From Sphaerodactylus townsendi (Eukaryota), in the NCBI RefSeq assembly GCF_021028975.2, contig NC_059428.1:150536001-150600000 (forward strand): DNA of 64,000 nucleotides, in the 5' to 3' direction. Of the stretch, positions 1 to 14,000 are shown in pieces. Within the stretch, counting starts at the first letter, position 1. Every line of letters starts with the position of its first letter. Under the pieces are notes generated by a model. That model saw only the letters and a list, made by a program, of their open reading frames with translations. It was not told where the DNA came from and did no database searches. The position numbers were made by a program, and so were the translations under genes.

Positions 1-118
1 AATAATTGTGTATTAAAAGGAAGCCACGGGGGTTAATGAATTGCACAGTAGGGATAAGGAAATGCTTGTTTGTACTGAGTATGCATACTGCATTGTTTTT
101 ATATGCAAAATATATGGT

Positions 119-645
119 ATTGTCGAAGGCTTTCATAGCCAGAATCACTGGGGTGTTGTGGGTTTTCTGGGTTGCATGGCCGTGTTCCAGTAGCATTTTC
201 TCCTGACGTTTTGCCTGCATCTTCAGGGGATCTGATGGTAGTAAACTAAGTGGAGTATATTAGAATCAAGACAATGGCTAGTGAACATCGCCCAGACACT
301 GGATGTCTCTCTGAAGGAAGCAATTAAATGGATTGAAATGCCAGGCAACTGCTAGACAGATCCCCACACTAATTTGATTATGCAACTTCAGTGTTATATG
401 CTTATGCCAAAATGGGTGGATTCCACTTAATACATGCAAATTACACTTGCAAACTGGACCCTTAACACTTTTAACCAATGCAAATGGTTCTTTCTCCCAC
501 CCTGGACGTTCCACAGGTATATATACTCCACTTGTTTTACTACTATCAGATCCTCTGAAGATGCCAGTCCCAGATGCAGGCAAAATGTCAGGGGAAAAAT
601 GCTACTGGAACACGGTCATACAGCCCAGAAAACCCACAACACCCC
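119..645 (+). mobile_element. Penelope-like element 3' end with inverted terminal fragment (fold-back)
   Basis: Arm ~150-260 is the reverse complement of ~520-645; extra tail attgtcgaaggctttc on the left arm; 13-bp direct repeat caaaatatatggt at 106-118 and 645-657 (TSD); degenerate hammerhead core at 551-594. Confidence 0.85.
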
Positions 646-2639
646 AAAATATATGGTGTTTGCACGTATAGAGTATGGCACATGTGTAACAAAGACTGCT
701 AATTTACTGCACAACAAATTGCACAAACAATGCTGAAATAAATCTCACCAGGAGACGAACATGCTGTGAAAATAAAAGATCTGAAAATCAGTCCACAGGA
801 GTGATTGGCAACCTGGGCTTTTCAAAACTGCCCCTAAACTAACCTAACGTGGCATTATCAGCCTGCATTTATTCAGTTGTGTCATCAATTTACAGTTCAT
901 CTGTCAGGTGCACTGGAATGCCATTGAGTGAGGAACATAATAACCATGGACTAATTGACAGCAAATCTCCTCCCTATTAGAAGAGCAGAGTTAGTCTGAT
1001 TTGTACTGGCATTCATTTTGTGGGCAATATTTCTGTCCCAATGGGTCTGTTTTCCCAAACATAAGATTACTTAGAGCTGTCTAATCATCAACCTCCCCCA
1101 GAAATACTGTTCTGTTGTTTAAATCAAGCCCAGGTTTCCTTTTTTAAAAAAGTACGGCCCCAAATCTGCTGCTAAAGCAGGTAAAGTGCTAATTCAGCTT
1201 CTTTTTCACTAGCAGAAAGGGACAAGTTTGGAATACGAAGCTTTCTTTTGGGCAGAGTGTGGGAAATACACTTCTGGAATCATTAACAGAGGTCAAGAGC
1301 CTTGCCTGTTAAATTACTTTTAAATACATTTAAGTGCCAACGTTTATGAAATATTAAATGTTCTATTCAAGGTTCTATAAATGACTAATTCAGATTCTAT
1401 TCTGTAGCACTAGTAAATTCCTTTAGAAAAGTGATAAAAGGGGCAAAATTCAACTATTTCAGAAGACCGGAAAACCATTTTCATGTAGCAGAAGGCTGGA
1501 GCAAATCTCCATCTTCTTTTATCAGCCCTTGCATTATTCGAAGCATTACACCATTTCACGTCAATGAATGGAACTTTTGGGGCAATTGGTTTTTAAAATA
1601 TTATCAGAGATGACTCTCTGTCTGTTTGGACAATTTACTCCAACAGTTGCCTTGGTTCACCGTTCTAACATAATACATAATAGCTCGGGCGCAACCGAAG
1701 GGAATCTGAAAATTAAAGAGGGCATCTTTAAAACATTAGATGCTCCATGTTCACATAATGTTCTGTAGTGTAAAACCTCCCTGTCATCGTCTGGCAAATC
1801 ATACCCAAAGAACAAGGGAGGAGGAAGATACTTTTGAATACCAAGTGAACACACGCATTTAGCTCCTACGATCATTAAAATCTACCACCTTCCAGTTAAA
1901 TACTGCAATTCATTTGAAATGATTAAGGAAATGGCCTATTGGGGAGTCAGAGCTACAAGGGTTACAATAGAAGTCTGAAAGAGTTGTAATTCATTATCTT
2001 TCAGTAGATAGCAAGCAGAATTCCAAAGTGCACTAATCAATAACTACAACTAGCCATTAGCTGCTGGGTTTTTTTTCCTGTCCTATAATACAAATGTCAA
2101 AAATGATATGATAATTTGCATGACAGAAATCCGTATACTCCTTTAAAAAAATAAACTGCAGTTCTGCAATTCTACATATTGTTTTTTTCCTCATCTCTTC
2201 TAAACCCTTGTGGAATTTCTTCTGAATTAAATTGGTTTATCATTTACTGCAAGGGGATGACAAGTGATATTTTACCTTTATGAATCTTGATTAGCAAAAC
2301 CTCCCAGTAACGAGCCTTTCTCAAAGAAAAAAAAATTCCAGTGGAATTAACACTGACAGCTATAGATTAAAAGCTATCAGGCATTAAACTATTAAGCCTT
2401 CGTTTCTTTTTTTACTTCCGTAAAAAGATTTTTTTTTACAAACTACCAGCCCATTACATTATCAATGATGTATCAGTTTAGCTATGCTAATGGAAATCTA
2501 AATCACCCCTGTGTCAAGAATACTCTATTTACAAGGTCATATATCTAGCCACTTATCAAAACTGGAGCTTCTCCAATGAGTGGAAACATATTCTGCTCAG
2601 GGACAGTACAGGAAACACTTCTAAATTTGCAGCCTTAGA

Positions 2640-2871
2640 GCACACCCAGGTTACAAGATGCCCCCACAACAGCACACTCAAAACTCTTTATTCTTTAATG
2701 CTGTGTAGCTTCTTGAGAACAGTCCAGTGGGGTTGAGGGCGCCCAAAGGACTTCCTGCTGCCTTGCTGTCTTCCTGGTCATGTGGGGGGCCGAGTTTGCG
2801 CCCCCACATGACCAGATTAGTGGCGCCTGGGGACAGAGGGTACCCCTTGTCCCTAGGTAAATACGCCACTG
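2640..2871. mobile_element. Probable hAT-type MITE fragment
   Basis: GC-richer patch ending in tacgccactg, a hAT MITE-like terminus; left end not resolved. Confidence 0.35.
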
Positions 2872-4745
2872 CAGTCTACACTAGCAAGTGGCCACAAAAG
2901 GAATGCCTTAAACACTCTCATATCTATTTCCATAGATCATTCATAGACTCTATAATAAATATATAAGACCAAGAGTTCCTCTAGTAACCCATTTCTTACA
3001 TTGGTCAATCAGATACTCAAAGGAAGCATGCCAGCTGGACACGGGCAAATGCTCCTATGACTGGCTTCCTCATTTGTGTGGTGCTGGGTCCACTATTGGT
3101 TGCCTAGATTTTGGGAGTCCTGCCTAAAGAACAGGTTCCCTCGCTATAAGCTCCTGTTTTTCTTCTTTTTGATCTATTGGGTGAGACATATTCCACAGAA
3201 TTTACACCGGCATCTTAATGTATGCTTCCTAGAGTTTTCCCACAGTTGTTGTGTGTTTAGTATTATGACCATCAATAAGTCACTCTGATTTCACTGCAAT
3301 CCAAGACTCAGGATTTCTTCCAAAGTCATCTAGGAGCCTCACCTCTTGGTCAAGCAACCCCCATGGTTATTGCTTCCATACATCATCCCCTCCAGCCACG
3401 CAAAAGACCTAGTCAGCAGCTTCTGTTAACAGAGAAGTGAGCAACAGTAGAAGGGCTTCCTCCAGAGAGAATGTGGTTTGGACTGCAAGGCCTACTCATT
3501 CACATGGACGCATATCAGTGATATGCGTGCCTTCATGGGCACATATCAATGATATGCATGTCTTCCAGACACAAAGGGTAACACATGAAGCATTACCTTC
3601 TTGTTTCTTATGATTCTACTGCAAATCTATTTCAGTGGACAGCCCCAACTTTCAGTATTCTAGCATTACTAGTTTCTACCCTTTTTTGACCCCCCAGTGT
3701 AACTGTTATAAACTTCTATTATCCCAAACACTGTAGCATTTTCTTACAGAACACTTGACCACTGTAACATTTACAACTGCAGTAGCACTCTTTGGAGTTC
3801 ATGGTAGCATCAAATTGATGCATATCCAACATGGAGGATAATACCCACATCATGGCAGCATGGCCAGGAATCCTCTGGAAGCCCCATAAGCTCCTCAAGG
3901 ACTTGCATGGAAGATGTCACAATGTCCAGCCAGCCCATACCTGATTATTTGATTCCTCCCCTCAACTTAGGTTCTATTCCAACACAGCGTACATTCACAG
4001 GATTAGTCATGTTCACCCTACACAGTCCAACTGAAAACTGAGTCCACAATCATTTCCTTCCTCAGACTGGCACTGCGGGCTCACGGTTCTTGGATACAAA
4101 ACAACCCAGACAGATAGAGAAAGGAAAGCATATGACAGAATTTCAGCTCAAGGAGTATGAACGTGCTTCTCCTGCCTCTTGGTCAATGATTAAAGAAACC
4201 AGTGCAGACTTTGAACAGAAGTCTGGCCCAGAGTCTGGTAGGGAAGAGGCTGGGATACAGAGAACTGACAGATGAGATGGAATACTTTCGGAGCTGACTG
4301 ATTAGCTGCCTCGGGAGGTTTTGGGGAAGTCAGGCTGTCTCCACCTTGGTACAACTGCATCAGCTGTTGCCGCACCATTCTTCCTTCTCTTGGCTTATCT
4401 AGTAGCTGGCCTCCTTCTAAGTCTATTCTATTGGTGTTCTACACGTACTCTCTCCTAATGAGAGCAAGCGCCTCCAAAGTGCTGAGCAAATAATAAGCTA
4501 GGAAAGCAGACCAACACAATGGGACCTGTGTGGTGGCGAGACCCTACCCTTGCAATGGATATTGTGAGATATGACCCATTAAGTGATGCATCACAACGTT
4601 GTTTTAGAGGTACATTTCAGGGTACTTTCTGTCTGAATCTGAATGTTGTCCAAGTGTTGTGACCGAGCCTTGCCCAATGCACAAGCCTCCAGACTGAGAG
4701 TGAGTGAAACATTTTTAACAGCTTTGTCCTTTATTTTGTTTTTTT

Positions 4746-5318
4746 TGCAAGTCACAGCTGATTTATGGCAACCTCACATAGTTGTCAAGGCAAGAAGCTT
4801 GCGGAGGTGGTTTACCATTCCCTGCCTCCACGTCACACCCGTTATTCCTTGGAGATCTCCCATCTAAAGAGACAGCGTGGTGTAGTTGTTAAGAGCAGGT
4901 GCACTCTAATCTGGAGAACCAGGTTTGATTCTCCACTCTACCACCTGAGCTGTGGAGGCTTATCTGGTGAACCAGATTAGCTTGTGCACTCCAACACATG
5001 CCAGCTGGATGACCTTGGGCTAGACACAGCTCTTTGGAGCTCTCTCAGCCCCACCCACCTCACAGGGAGTTTGTTGTTGGGGGGTAGGGGGAGAAGGGAA
5101 AGAAGATTGTAAGCCCCCTTGAGTCTCCTTACAGAAGAGAAAGGGGGGATATAAATCCAATCTCTTCTTCTTCAAATACTTGCCAGGCTTGAAGCTAAGA
5201 GTGAGGTCCCCAAGGTCCCCAGGCAAACTTTCATGGCATGAGTGGGGATTCAAACCAGGGGGGGGGAGGTTTCCCAGATCCTAGTTCAACACCTTGACCA
5301 CTAAACCACGCTGGTTTC
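4746..5318 (-). mobile_element. Chimeric tRNA/CORE + 5S rRNA + RTE-tail SINE, interrupted by a Squam3 copy
   Basis: Minus strand: tRNA A/B boxes, CORE-like segment, then gcctggcaagtattt-agatgggagatctccaaggaataacgggtg (5S 3' half, split by the insertion), then an aatggtaaaccacctcc...tcttgccttg tail. Confidence 0.7.
4873..5173 (+). mobile_element. Squam3-type tRNA/CORE SINE
   Basis: gtggtgtagttgttaagagc A box, ggtttgattc B box, CORE gtgaccttgggc-like segment, (CTT)n tail; multicopy in window. Confidence 0.88.
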
Positions 5319-7136
5319 CCACTGTGTTTATTAACTAAGCACAAAAATGCCACGGAGAGACAAATGGCCTGTATCCTAGCACTCTGTCCAGCAAAGATTG
5401 AGACCTTCCACCAGCCTACGGAGACCCTCCTCCAACTTAGGTCCCTCCAGGGGAAAAGCCGTTTGATTGAAGAAGAACCGGGCTGGAGAAAGGCTAGAAA
5501 CTTTGATGAGCTGAGTAGCAGGGGAGATGCCACTCCCATGCCAGAAGGAGCAACACGGGAGAGAAGTGAAACCGTAAATATAGGCGTTAACGTTTACCGT
5601 GCTTTTTCCCGAGAGGAATGCCGTCTTGTTCCATGGGGAGCTCCATCGAGAATACGCACTGAAATAATTTAGTACGCCCTGCTGATCAAGTGGCAACCGT
5701 TAATCTGGCAAAAAGTTCCAGCAGCTCTAGAGCTATTAATAAGTAAAAGTGAGCTCAGATTCATCATACTGTCCCACACCCACTCCCACCCGTTGGCAGA
5801 GCATCAGTGCTGTGTGTTTGTTTGTCTGGGGAGGACCAGAAAGCAGGAAAGGTCTCTCTTCACTATTTTTAATTATTACATTTCCCAAATTAAATTTCCC
5901 TGGGATTCGGAACTGGGTGGGCTCCAAAATCTCAAGACGCTATAAAAAGCATTTGCATCTGGCGATTGGCCAGGATTGAAATTTACAAGTGTCCCAATAA
6001 ACCCTACATTTGGATCCTCGGCTCCTGTTCCGGTTTCCACGGAAACAGGTGATGGATTGCCAAAAAATGTGACCTGAAGTTTTAAAATAATCAGTGTTTT
6101 GAATCAGTGGTTTGTGGGGGGGGGGGGGGGGGGAGAGGGTTAAGAGCATCTCACAGACTGTTTCGAATGCAGCAGTGTCCCCAGGGAAGGGAGAGGATGA
6201 CAATAAATGACAGCTTGCAGCCAGCAACAAAGTTGGGAGAACTTTGGAAAATGTCATTGTGGCCTAACAAGAACAAATGTAGCCCTCCCTAAAATCAGAC
6301 AGAGATATTTGGAGAGAGAGAACTAGATAGCAGAGTCAAACACATGCAGGATAATAGTGATGGATATGTCTGGGAATTTCGACTGCTATGCATCACTGGG
6401 TGGCGTTACCCCAATTAAGCATGAAAATAGCTTTTAAAGAGATGCATACATTTCTTTTCTCTCTCTTCACCTTAAATCAACGAGACATCACCTGAAATTT
6501 GTCAGCGCGTGCCCAGAGAGCGTGCGTTAGAAGGGGACCGATACTCAGATACCTGAGTATATGATGAGAATGTTCTACTGAAATACTAGAAGTTACCTAC
6601 TGGTTGGCCTTTCTGATTTGTAACTAGTGTGCCCAGGTAACTGTTGGTAGCTTGTCGAATGTTGCTTTTCCCTCCCACTTGAGCAGGAAGAGAAGATCTG
6701 GCCACTATCAGCCAAGCCTCCCACATATTTATAGATAATACTTCCTTCTAGATAATACTTCCTAATGAGGTCAATGTGTGTGGAGTTCTTCCCACTACCT
6801 GGCAACAGAAAATCGGCTCGCCGTACTGGAATCAATACGGAAGCAAACTTTATCTGCTGCTTGAGCCCAGCACCTACAATTCAGTTCACTGCCCGGGCCC
6901 ACGTTCCTGGGCCTTTCCAATTAAAACTGCTACTAAAGCTACTGACATTTGAAGCCTTCTCCTTCGGACTTCCCTATTAAAGCCGTGAAAATTTCGAGCT
7001 GTAGAAAAACAGTCAGCTGCACACCAGTTTACCTATTTTTATGTTATTTGTACTACTAACATTTTGCAATTGATCTCCCAACTACCCTGTTTTTAAAACT
7101 GCATGCCTCCTTCAAAAAATTCTCCTCCAATCAATA

Positions 7137-7430
7137 AGATGAAGAAGTTTGGATTTATACCCCAACTTTATCTCCTGTAAGGAAACTCATGGTGGCCTAC
7201 AAGCTCCTTTCCATTCTTCTCTCCACAGCAGACAACTTGTGAGGTAGGTGGGAGCTGAGAGAGTCCTGAAGAACTGTGACTAGCCCAAGGTCACCCAGCA
7301 GGAATGTAGGAGTGCGGAAACACATCTGGGTCACCAGATAAGCCTCCGCCATTCAGGTGGAGGAGTGGGGAATCAAACCCGGTTCTCCAGATTAGAATCC
7401 ACCTGCTCTTAACTCACAACACAACGCAGG
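7137..7430 (-). mobile_element. Squam3-type SINE
   Basis: Reverse complement of the multicopy SINE. Confidence 0.85.
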
Positions 7431-8429
7431 AGCCTGGATTCCGGTGCATGTCAGTCAAGCCCATGAAAATTCAAGCAAGCCATTTCTGTTTCATTTAAAT
7501 GCATTTGCAATCTGTTAGGTAAGGTCCAGACACAAAACTGTTAGAGATTCCACTCACAGTGAAGTATCATAGATGAACTACGGCAGGCTGCCAGCGCCTT
7601 CTTTTTCTCTCCTGCATCAATTAACGCAAAGTTGGCTTCACATTCTTTGCCATGGACCAAATCCTTAAAACAGAAGCTGACTTCTATTTAGCACAGTCGA
7701 CCTGATTCTAAGGGCCCGCAAAAGCCAACCCGCAACCGAAACATGCAAACATTTTTCGGTTCCTTTGTTTACTGAATCATGAATCAGGCTTCCCAACATG
7801 AAACGGAAAGCTTTCAAGAGAGACCTCGGAAAACTCACAGCAGAAAACACTGTTACGTAACTGGCTGAGTAACTTCTCCAGGCCCACTCAATAGTTTCTG
7901 CTGATTTGTTCCTAAGCAAATTTTTGAAAGCCACACACAAGCGGTGTCAAAGTGTGAAGGCACGTTCTCGGCACCGACGCTATTGATATTAAGGGGGAAA
8001 TTAGACAACGTGATTGGCTTTGCATAGCAACCAGTGCCTCACATCTGAGCAGATACCTTCCAGCCAACAGAGCTGTCACATTCTTTAAGCAGGCAGGAGA
8101 TGACAGAGATTAGTGTGATAACCTTTGCTGTCAGGGTGGCCTTGATTCACAGTCGCTCAGATTTCAGAACCAGTCCCTTGACTGAACACGCCTCTGCTAT
8201 TCATCCTAATTTCTGCATCCCTGCCGTGAGACAAAAGGCGCATCTAGACCACGGATGAAGCCACGTAGCAACTGAGTTGGAAGTGCAGGTGTACCCAAAA
8301 GATCTTGCGGTGATTTATAGATAACGAAGTAGCAGTCAGCAACTAAGGCCTTCTCTTTCCCTGCTTGTGATGTCCAGGTAAACCAAGATGCAAATGGACA
8401 AGTGTCGACAGAAACAATGGAGGACATAA

Positions 8430-8660
8430 GAAGGAAAAAAAGTTTGAATTTATACCCCACCTTTCTCTCCTGTAAGGAGACTCTTAGTGGCTTACAAGCC
8501 CCTTTCCCTTCCTCTCCCCAACTTGTGAGGGAGGTGGGGCTGAGAGAGTGTTGAATGAACTGTGACTCGCCCAAGGTCGCCCAGCAGGAATGTAGGAGTG
8601 CGGAAACACATCTGGGTCACCAGATAAGTCTCTGCCACTCAGATGGAGGAGTGGGGAATC
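8430..8660 (-). mobile_element. Squam3-type SINE, 5'-truncated
   Basis: Same body as the 7137-7430 copy, lacking most of the tRNA head. Confidence 0.8.
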
Positions 8661-11015
8661 CTCCATCTACCCATTTTTTCTCTCTCCTACTGCTAAAATT
8701 AGCAAAGTTGCTTGTTGCCACAGGGACAGTAGCTACACATAAAAAGACCCACAAGGCTGCTTCCTCAAAAGCAACCTACTCATGTAATCGCACAGGTTTC
8801 CCTTCTAGTGAGTGGATAGTTAAATTGATGGTGCTGTGCTATGATAAAGTTATGGCACAAGAATTGTCTTGACCTGCAGCACAAGCCTATGCAGAGTTTG
8901 TCTAGTCTGGGGCAACAAATATTAATGGGCTTATACTGGGATAACTGACTAAGATGGTGCTGTGGGAGGCCTATACCCCAGGGTCAAATGGGAAAAAGAG
9001 TTTAGTATTGCACACAGAAATATACATTGGAAGGCATCCAAGGACATACCCAACAAATGGCAGCGACACTGGGAGTGGGCATTTGCAGGCCTTAACCAAA
9101 TTAAATCCCACCAATGGGAGGAAAACACTATTGTGTGTAGGCTTAGAAATATAGTCATGCACATATATATATAAAGAAAACAACTCACACAGATTTGAGA
9201 GCTTGAACACTCCTTGGATAAACACTGACATTCTAATACTAATGCTCACAGATTTAGAATGGCTTTGTGTGTGGGGTGTGTGTGTGTGTGTATGTGAAGA
9301 AGCAGCAACAGCATTATTCAGTAAATGCACCACTGACTTGGCAATCTTAGAATTTATTGTTCATTAAAAATACATGCTAATTATCACAATTTTAATTAAA
9401 GTATTATCTGGTGGATGTGAAATGCAATTATGTGCAACTGGAATAAGCTGTAAGGCAGGCTAATATTTGCAGAGAAATGCAGCGCCGGCATTGGTTCAGC
9501 ATGTGCACCATAAACTAGTGTTTGTTTCCACGTGAAACATTTGTACATGGAACATTAAGCCAAGCTATTACAATCAACCCCCCTCCAAAAAATCTTTAAC
9601 CCCCCCCATTTAAATTCTAACAAGTAATTCTCATAAGCAATTTCCTCTTTTGCTGTCCATATCAAGGTAATTCTGTGTTGTTATCTGTATCTGTGTTGTT
9701 TAAAGTACTGCCATTACGACTGTTACAATTCTGTCTTAACCTGCACTGTCCTTTTCCCTGGTAAGTGCACAAAAAGGCACGTCCAAATAACTTAACAGAG
9801 CAATTATGTAGACAAAGGCACAGGTCTTCCATTGATAAGGTTCCCCACATTGGTTTAGGCCAACCGCTTAGGTAGTAATTTAATGTAGACTTATGAATAT
9901 TGTCTGCAAGACAGACTGCTTGAGACACTCCGCCCAGCAAGCAGTTTAATTGAGTTCAGCGGGATTATTATCAAAAAGCAGGCTAACTGTGTTTAGGTGG
10001 AACTTGCTATGCAAAGATGTGATTGATAGTATTGTATTGCGGGTGGGGCTTTTCAGTCCAGGGAGTGATTCACCTTTTCATGCCCAGAAAACCCTCCACA
10101 ACCACTAGATCTGGTTCTGTTTACAGTTTACGGATCACTGTTTGTTAAACCCTGCTATTTGTTTCCAAAGAAAATAGACGATCATAAAACAGGCTTATAG
10201 AAATTGGGCGAGGGGGTTGGATCTTTCAACAAACCGATGTTACCAAAGAGAAAGTTGATTAAGAATTCTCAAACTTTAATGCATAAGTGCAATATTATCC
10301 GGGGCCCACTTGGGTGATTAGAAATAACAAAACAACACCCAAAAGTGAAATGTGTAAAAGAAAACTAAAAGATGCTGAAACAGCTCAAGAAAGAGCTTAA
10401 AATGAAAGGATGTAATAAAGAGACCAGTAAATTGGATTACTGCATCCCTGGCATGAGACATTCATCATATCACAGAGAAGGAAAGGTAGTGTGACAACAG
10501 CTGGTACATTAGGAAATCCTCTGAAGGAGCAAGGAGTACCAAAAGAATGAAAGCAATGCATAATATTTACTGAATACAGATAAAAGGGGAACCAACGAAA
10601 TAACGCATTATACGTCTGTACGGCAACCAGACACACATCAGTATCTGCCGAATGAAGTCCCGAGAAGACTTAATTTGTGATCTGCTCTTCGGAGGCTGTG
10701 CCAGCACACGTCAAGGGAAAGGCTGAGGAGCCAGCTGTCTAGTGCGCAGCGAGTGAAAAGGGACCAAGTACAAAATGAAAAATGGCCCCCGAGCCGTCAG
10801 AATGGCCTCGCTGCAAACGCTCTGAAGCCGACGAGCGGTGTGCTCCTTTTGCAGCACAACGTGCCCCTCCTTGGCCTGTCTCTGCAGAGCGATAGGTTTA
10901 TGTGGCGAGCAGCACAATTAAGATGTTTGCAGAACTGCACAACAGGAAGACGAGATAGGCTTCACTAAGGCAAATATTTAGTCCCAGAGCAGGCTTTTCG
11001 TTCAGAATTCATTAT

Positions 11016-14000
11016 TAGATAGATGAAATACTTCTTTTAAACAGATGAAATTCTGATTTTTACAATGCATCTGCCCTATGCTTTACTGAAACCTGGCTAA
11101 ATGAGAGCATTGATGATAATAGCATGTGCATTCCGGGGTTTCAGATATTTCGTTCAGACAGGATTGCAGAATTATCAGGGAAGAAAAAAGGAGGAGGATT
11201 ATGTATATACATCAACAAAAGCTGGTGTCAGGACATAACAATAATTCAAAAATTCTGTGATGAAAACTTGGAGTCCTTACTTATTAATTGCAAACCCTTT
11301 TATTCCCCTCGAGAGATAAATTCAGTTCTTGTTCTTTTGGTTTTCACGTTCATCCACAAGCCGTCTGTAAAAAAGGCATTAAGAACTCTAGCCGATCAGA
11401 TTCGCTGGGAGGCTGAAGCCAAATACCCTGATTCACTGGTTATTATTTTGGGAGATTTAAACAAAGCAAACTTAAGGGAAGACCACCACCAAAATACTTT
11501 CAGCATGTCAACTGTCCCACCAGAGGCAAGAATATCTTAGACCACTGCTATAATAATAACAACACTGGAAAGATGCTTATCGGTCTTTACCACGAAGCAG
11601 CTGTAGGCCATTCTGATCACGGTGCATGATTCACCTTTGTACCTGCTTACAAAACAAAGATTTAAAGCCACAAAACCAATAATCTAAATCAGTGAGAATC
11701 TTGGACTGAAGAGGCAAAGTTAAAGCTGCAGAGCTTGCCCTTGACTGTACAGACTGGAATATTTTTAAAGACACTCCTCTGCAGATTTGGATGAACTTCA
11801 GATACTTGTAACATCATATGTCAGCTTCTGTGAAGATCTTCTGTATACCAACCAGGAACTTGCGATATATAGTAACAACAAACCTTGGTTCCACAGCTAA
11901 GCTTAAAAGCAGTTACATCGATTTCCAAAGAAGAGGCCTACAGAAAGGGTGATAGAATGCTGTATAATAATCAGGCCAGAAATGTATTAACAAAGGAGAT
12001 CAGAGCAGCAAAAAAGAAACTACTCTGAAAAGCTAAAAATCAAGTTTTTCACCAAACGAAACCCAGCAAACATGTGGAAAACTCTCAAAAAAAAATATCA
12101 CCCGGGTTACAGCAAACCACCTTCCCAAGCTGAAGGAAATCAGCAATTGGCAGACGACCTGAATGTGTGTTCTACTGCTAGGTTTGAAAGCAATCTACAG
12201 TCACCTTTCTCCTTTACAACCTCTATATCTCCAGACGCACTAACAATAGCCAAACTTCCTACTAACTGAACCCATTTCATTGGGTTTACAACCCTGAGTG
12301 ATCCTCAAGAAAAGGAAGTGCAAGATCTATTTCACAGAACAAGAAGCCACAAGAGGAAAAGCACCAGAGGCCCAGACAAGGAATCAACACCTTCTTGCTT
12401 AAAAGTCTGTGCTGTCCAATTGGCCCCCATTTTCACTCCAAATCTTCAACAAATCACTAGAGATGTGCTATGTTTCCTTCCTGCTTCCAAACACTCCACT
12501 ATCGTCCCAGTGCCGAAGAAGCCTTCCATCAAGGAACTGAACGACTACAGACCAGTTGCTCTAACATCTGTAGTTATGAAAACTTTTGAAAGGCTAGTGA
12601 TGTACCATTTGAAAACCACCACGGATCCACTGTTTATGGACCCCTTTGCAATTTGCATACCGAGCAAACAGATGCGACATAGACGATGCTGTTAATATGG
12701 CTTTGCACTATATCCTACAGCATCTTGAATCGCCAAAGACCTATGCAGAGGGTCCTCTTTGTTGACTTTTAGTTCAGCATTCAATACTATCAGACCCGGA
12801 CATTCTTCTAACCAAACTAAATCAGCTTAGCGAGTACCTGGCGAGCATATTTTGTAAGTGGGATCACAGAAGCTTCCTAACAGATGATAGGAAACAGCAG
12901 GTGAAGCTTAGGAAAAATTACATCAGACACCCTGTAAAATGAGCACAGGGGCCCCTAAGTACCTGTGTACTTTTACGCACTTCTCTTCTCTCTGTATACT
13001 CAATGACTGCATCTCAAACGATCCAATCTGTTAAAATACTGAAATTTGCAGATGATACAACAGTGATTGGTCTCATCTCGAGGACAACTGTGATGAAACC
13101 AAGATACAGACGGGAGGTTGAACAACTAGCCTCGATGGTGCCACTGGAACAATCTAGAACTGAACACACTTTTAAAACCCAGTAGAAATGGTGGTAGATT
13201 TCAGGAGAAACCCTCCCCATCCTACCTCCTCTCACAATACCTTCAAACAACACAGTATCAATAAGTAGAGACAGCTTTAAATCTTCTAGGCTCCATCATA
13301 TCTCATGACCTAAAATGGTCACTAATATCAAAAATGTCATCAAAAAAAGCACAACAAAGAATGTTCTTTCTATAATAGCCAACTCAGGAAGCTCAAACTG
13401 CCCAAGGAGCAGCTGATTACAGTTCTACAGAGGAATCATTGAGTCTGTCATCTGCACCTCCTCTATATAACTGTGTGTGGTTTGGTTCTGCAACCCAACA
13501 AGATCGACACAGACTTCAGAGAATAATCAGAACTGCAGAAAAAACAATTGCTGCTAACCTGCCTTCCATTGAGGACCTGTAGTATACTGCCGCAGCGGGT
13601 CAAAAAAGGGCTGTGAAAAATATTTACTGACCCCTTCACAGATCCTGGACATAAACTGTTTCAACTTCTTACCCTCTAAACGGGCCGCGTACAGAGCACT
13701 GCACACCAAGACAACTAGACATAAGAACAGTTTTTTTCCCCTCAATGCCATCAGCTCTGCTAAACAAATAATTCCCTCTGATAATGTTAAACTATTTATT
13801 ATATACTTATTATATAATTACTGCACTACTTTTTTTCATCATTCCTATTACCCATCTCTCTCCCACTTATGACTGTATGGATCTATAGCCTGTGCTGACA
13901 TTTTATTTTACATTTTATTTTATTTTATTTTATGATTTTACATTTTATGTTTTCATTACTACTGATTGTTTCCTGATTGCTTACTAGACCTATATGACAA

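Noticed and set aside
3508-3557. Two short palindromes (acgcatatca-g-tgatatgcgt and catatca-a-tgatatg)
   Set aside because: Small local duplication with no supporting context for a function.
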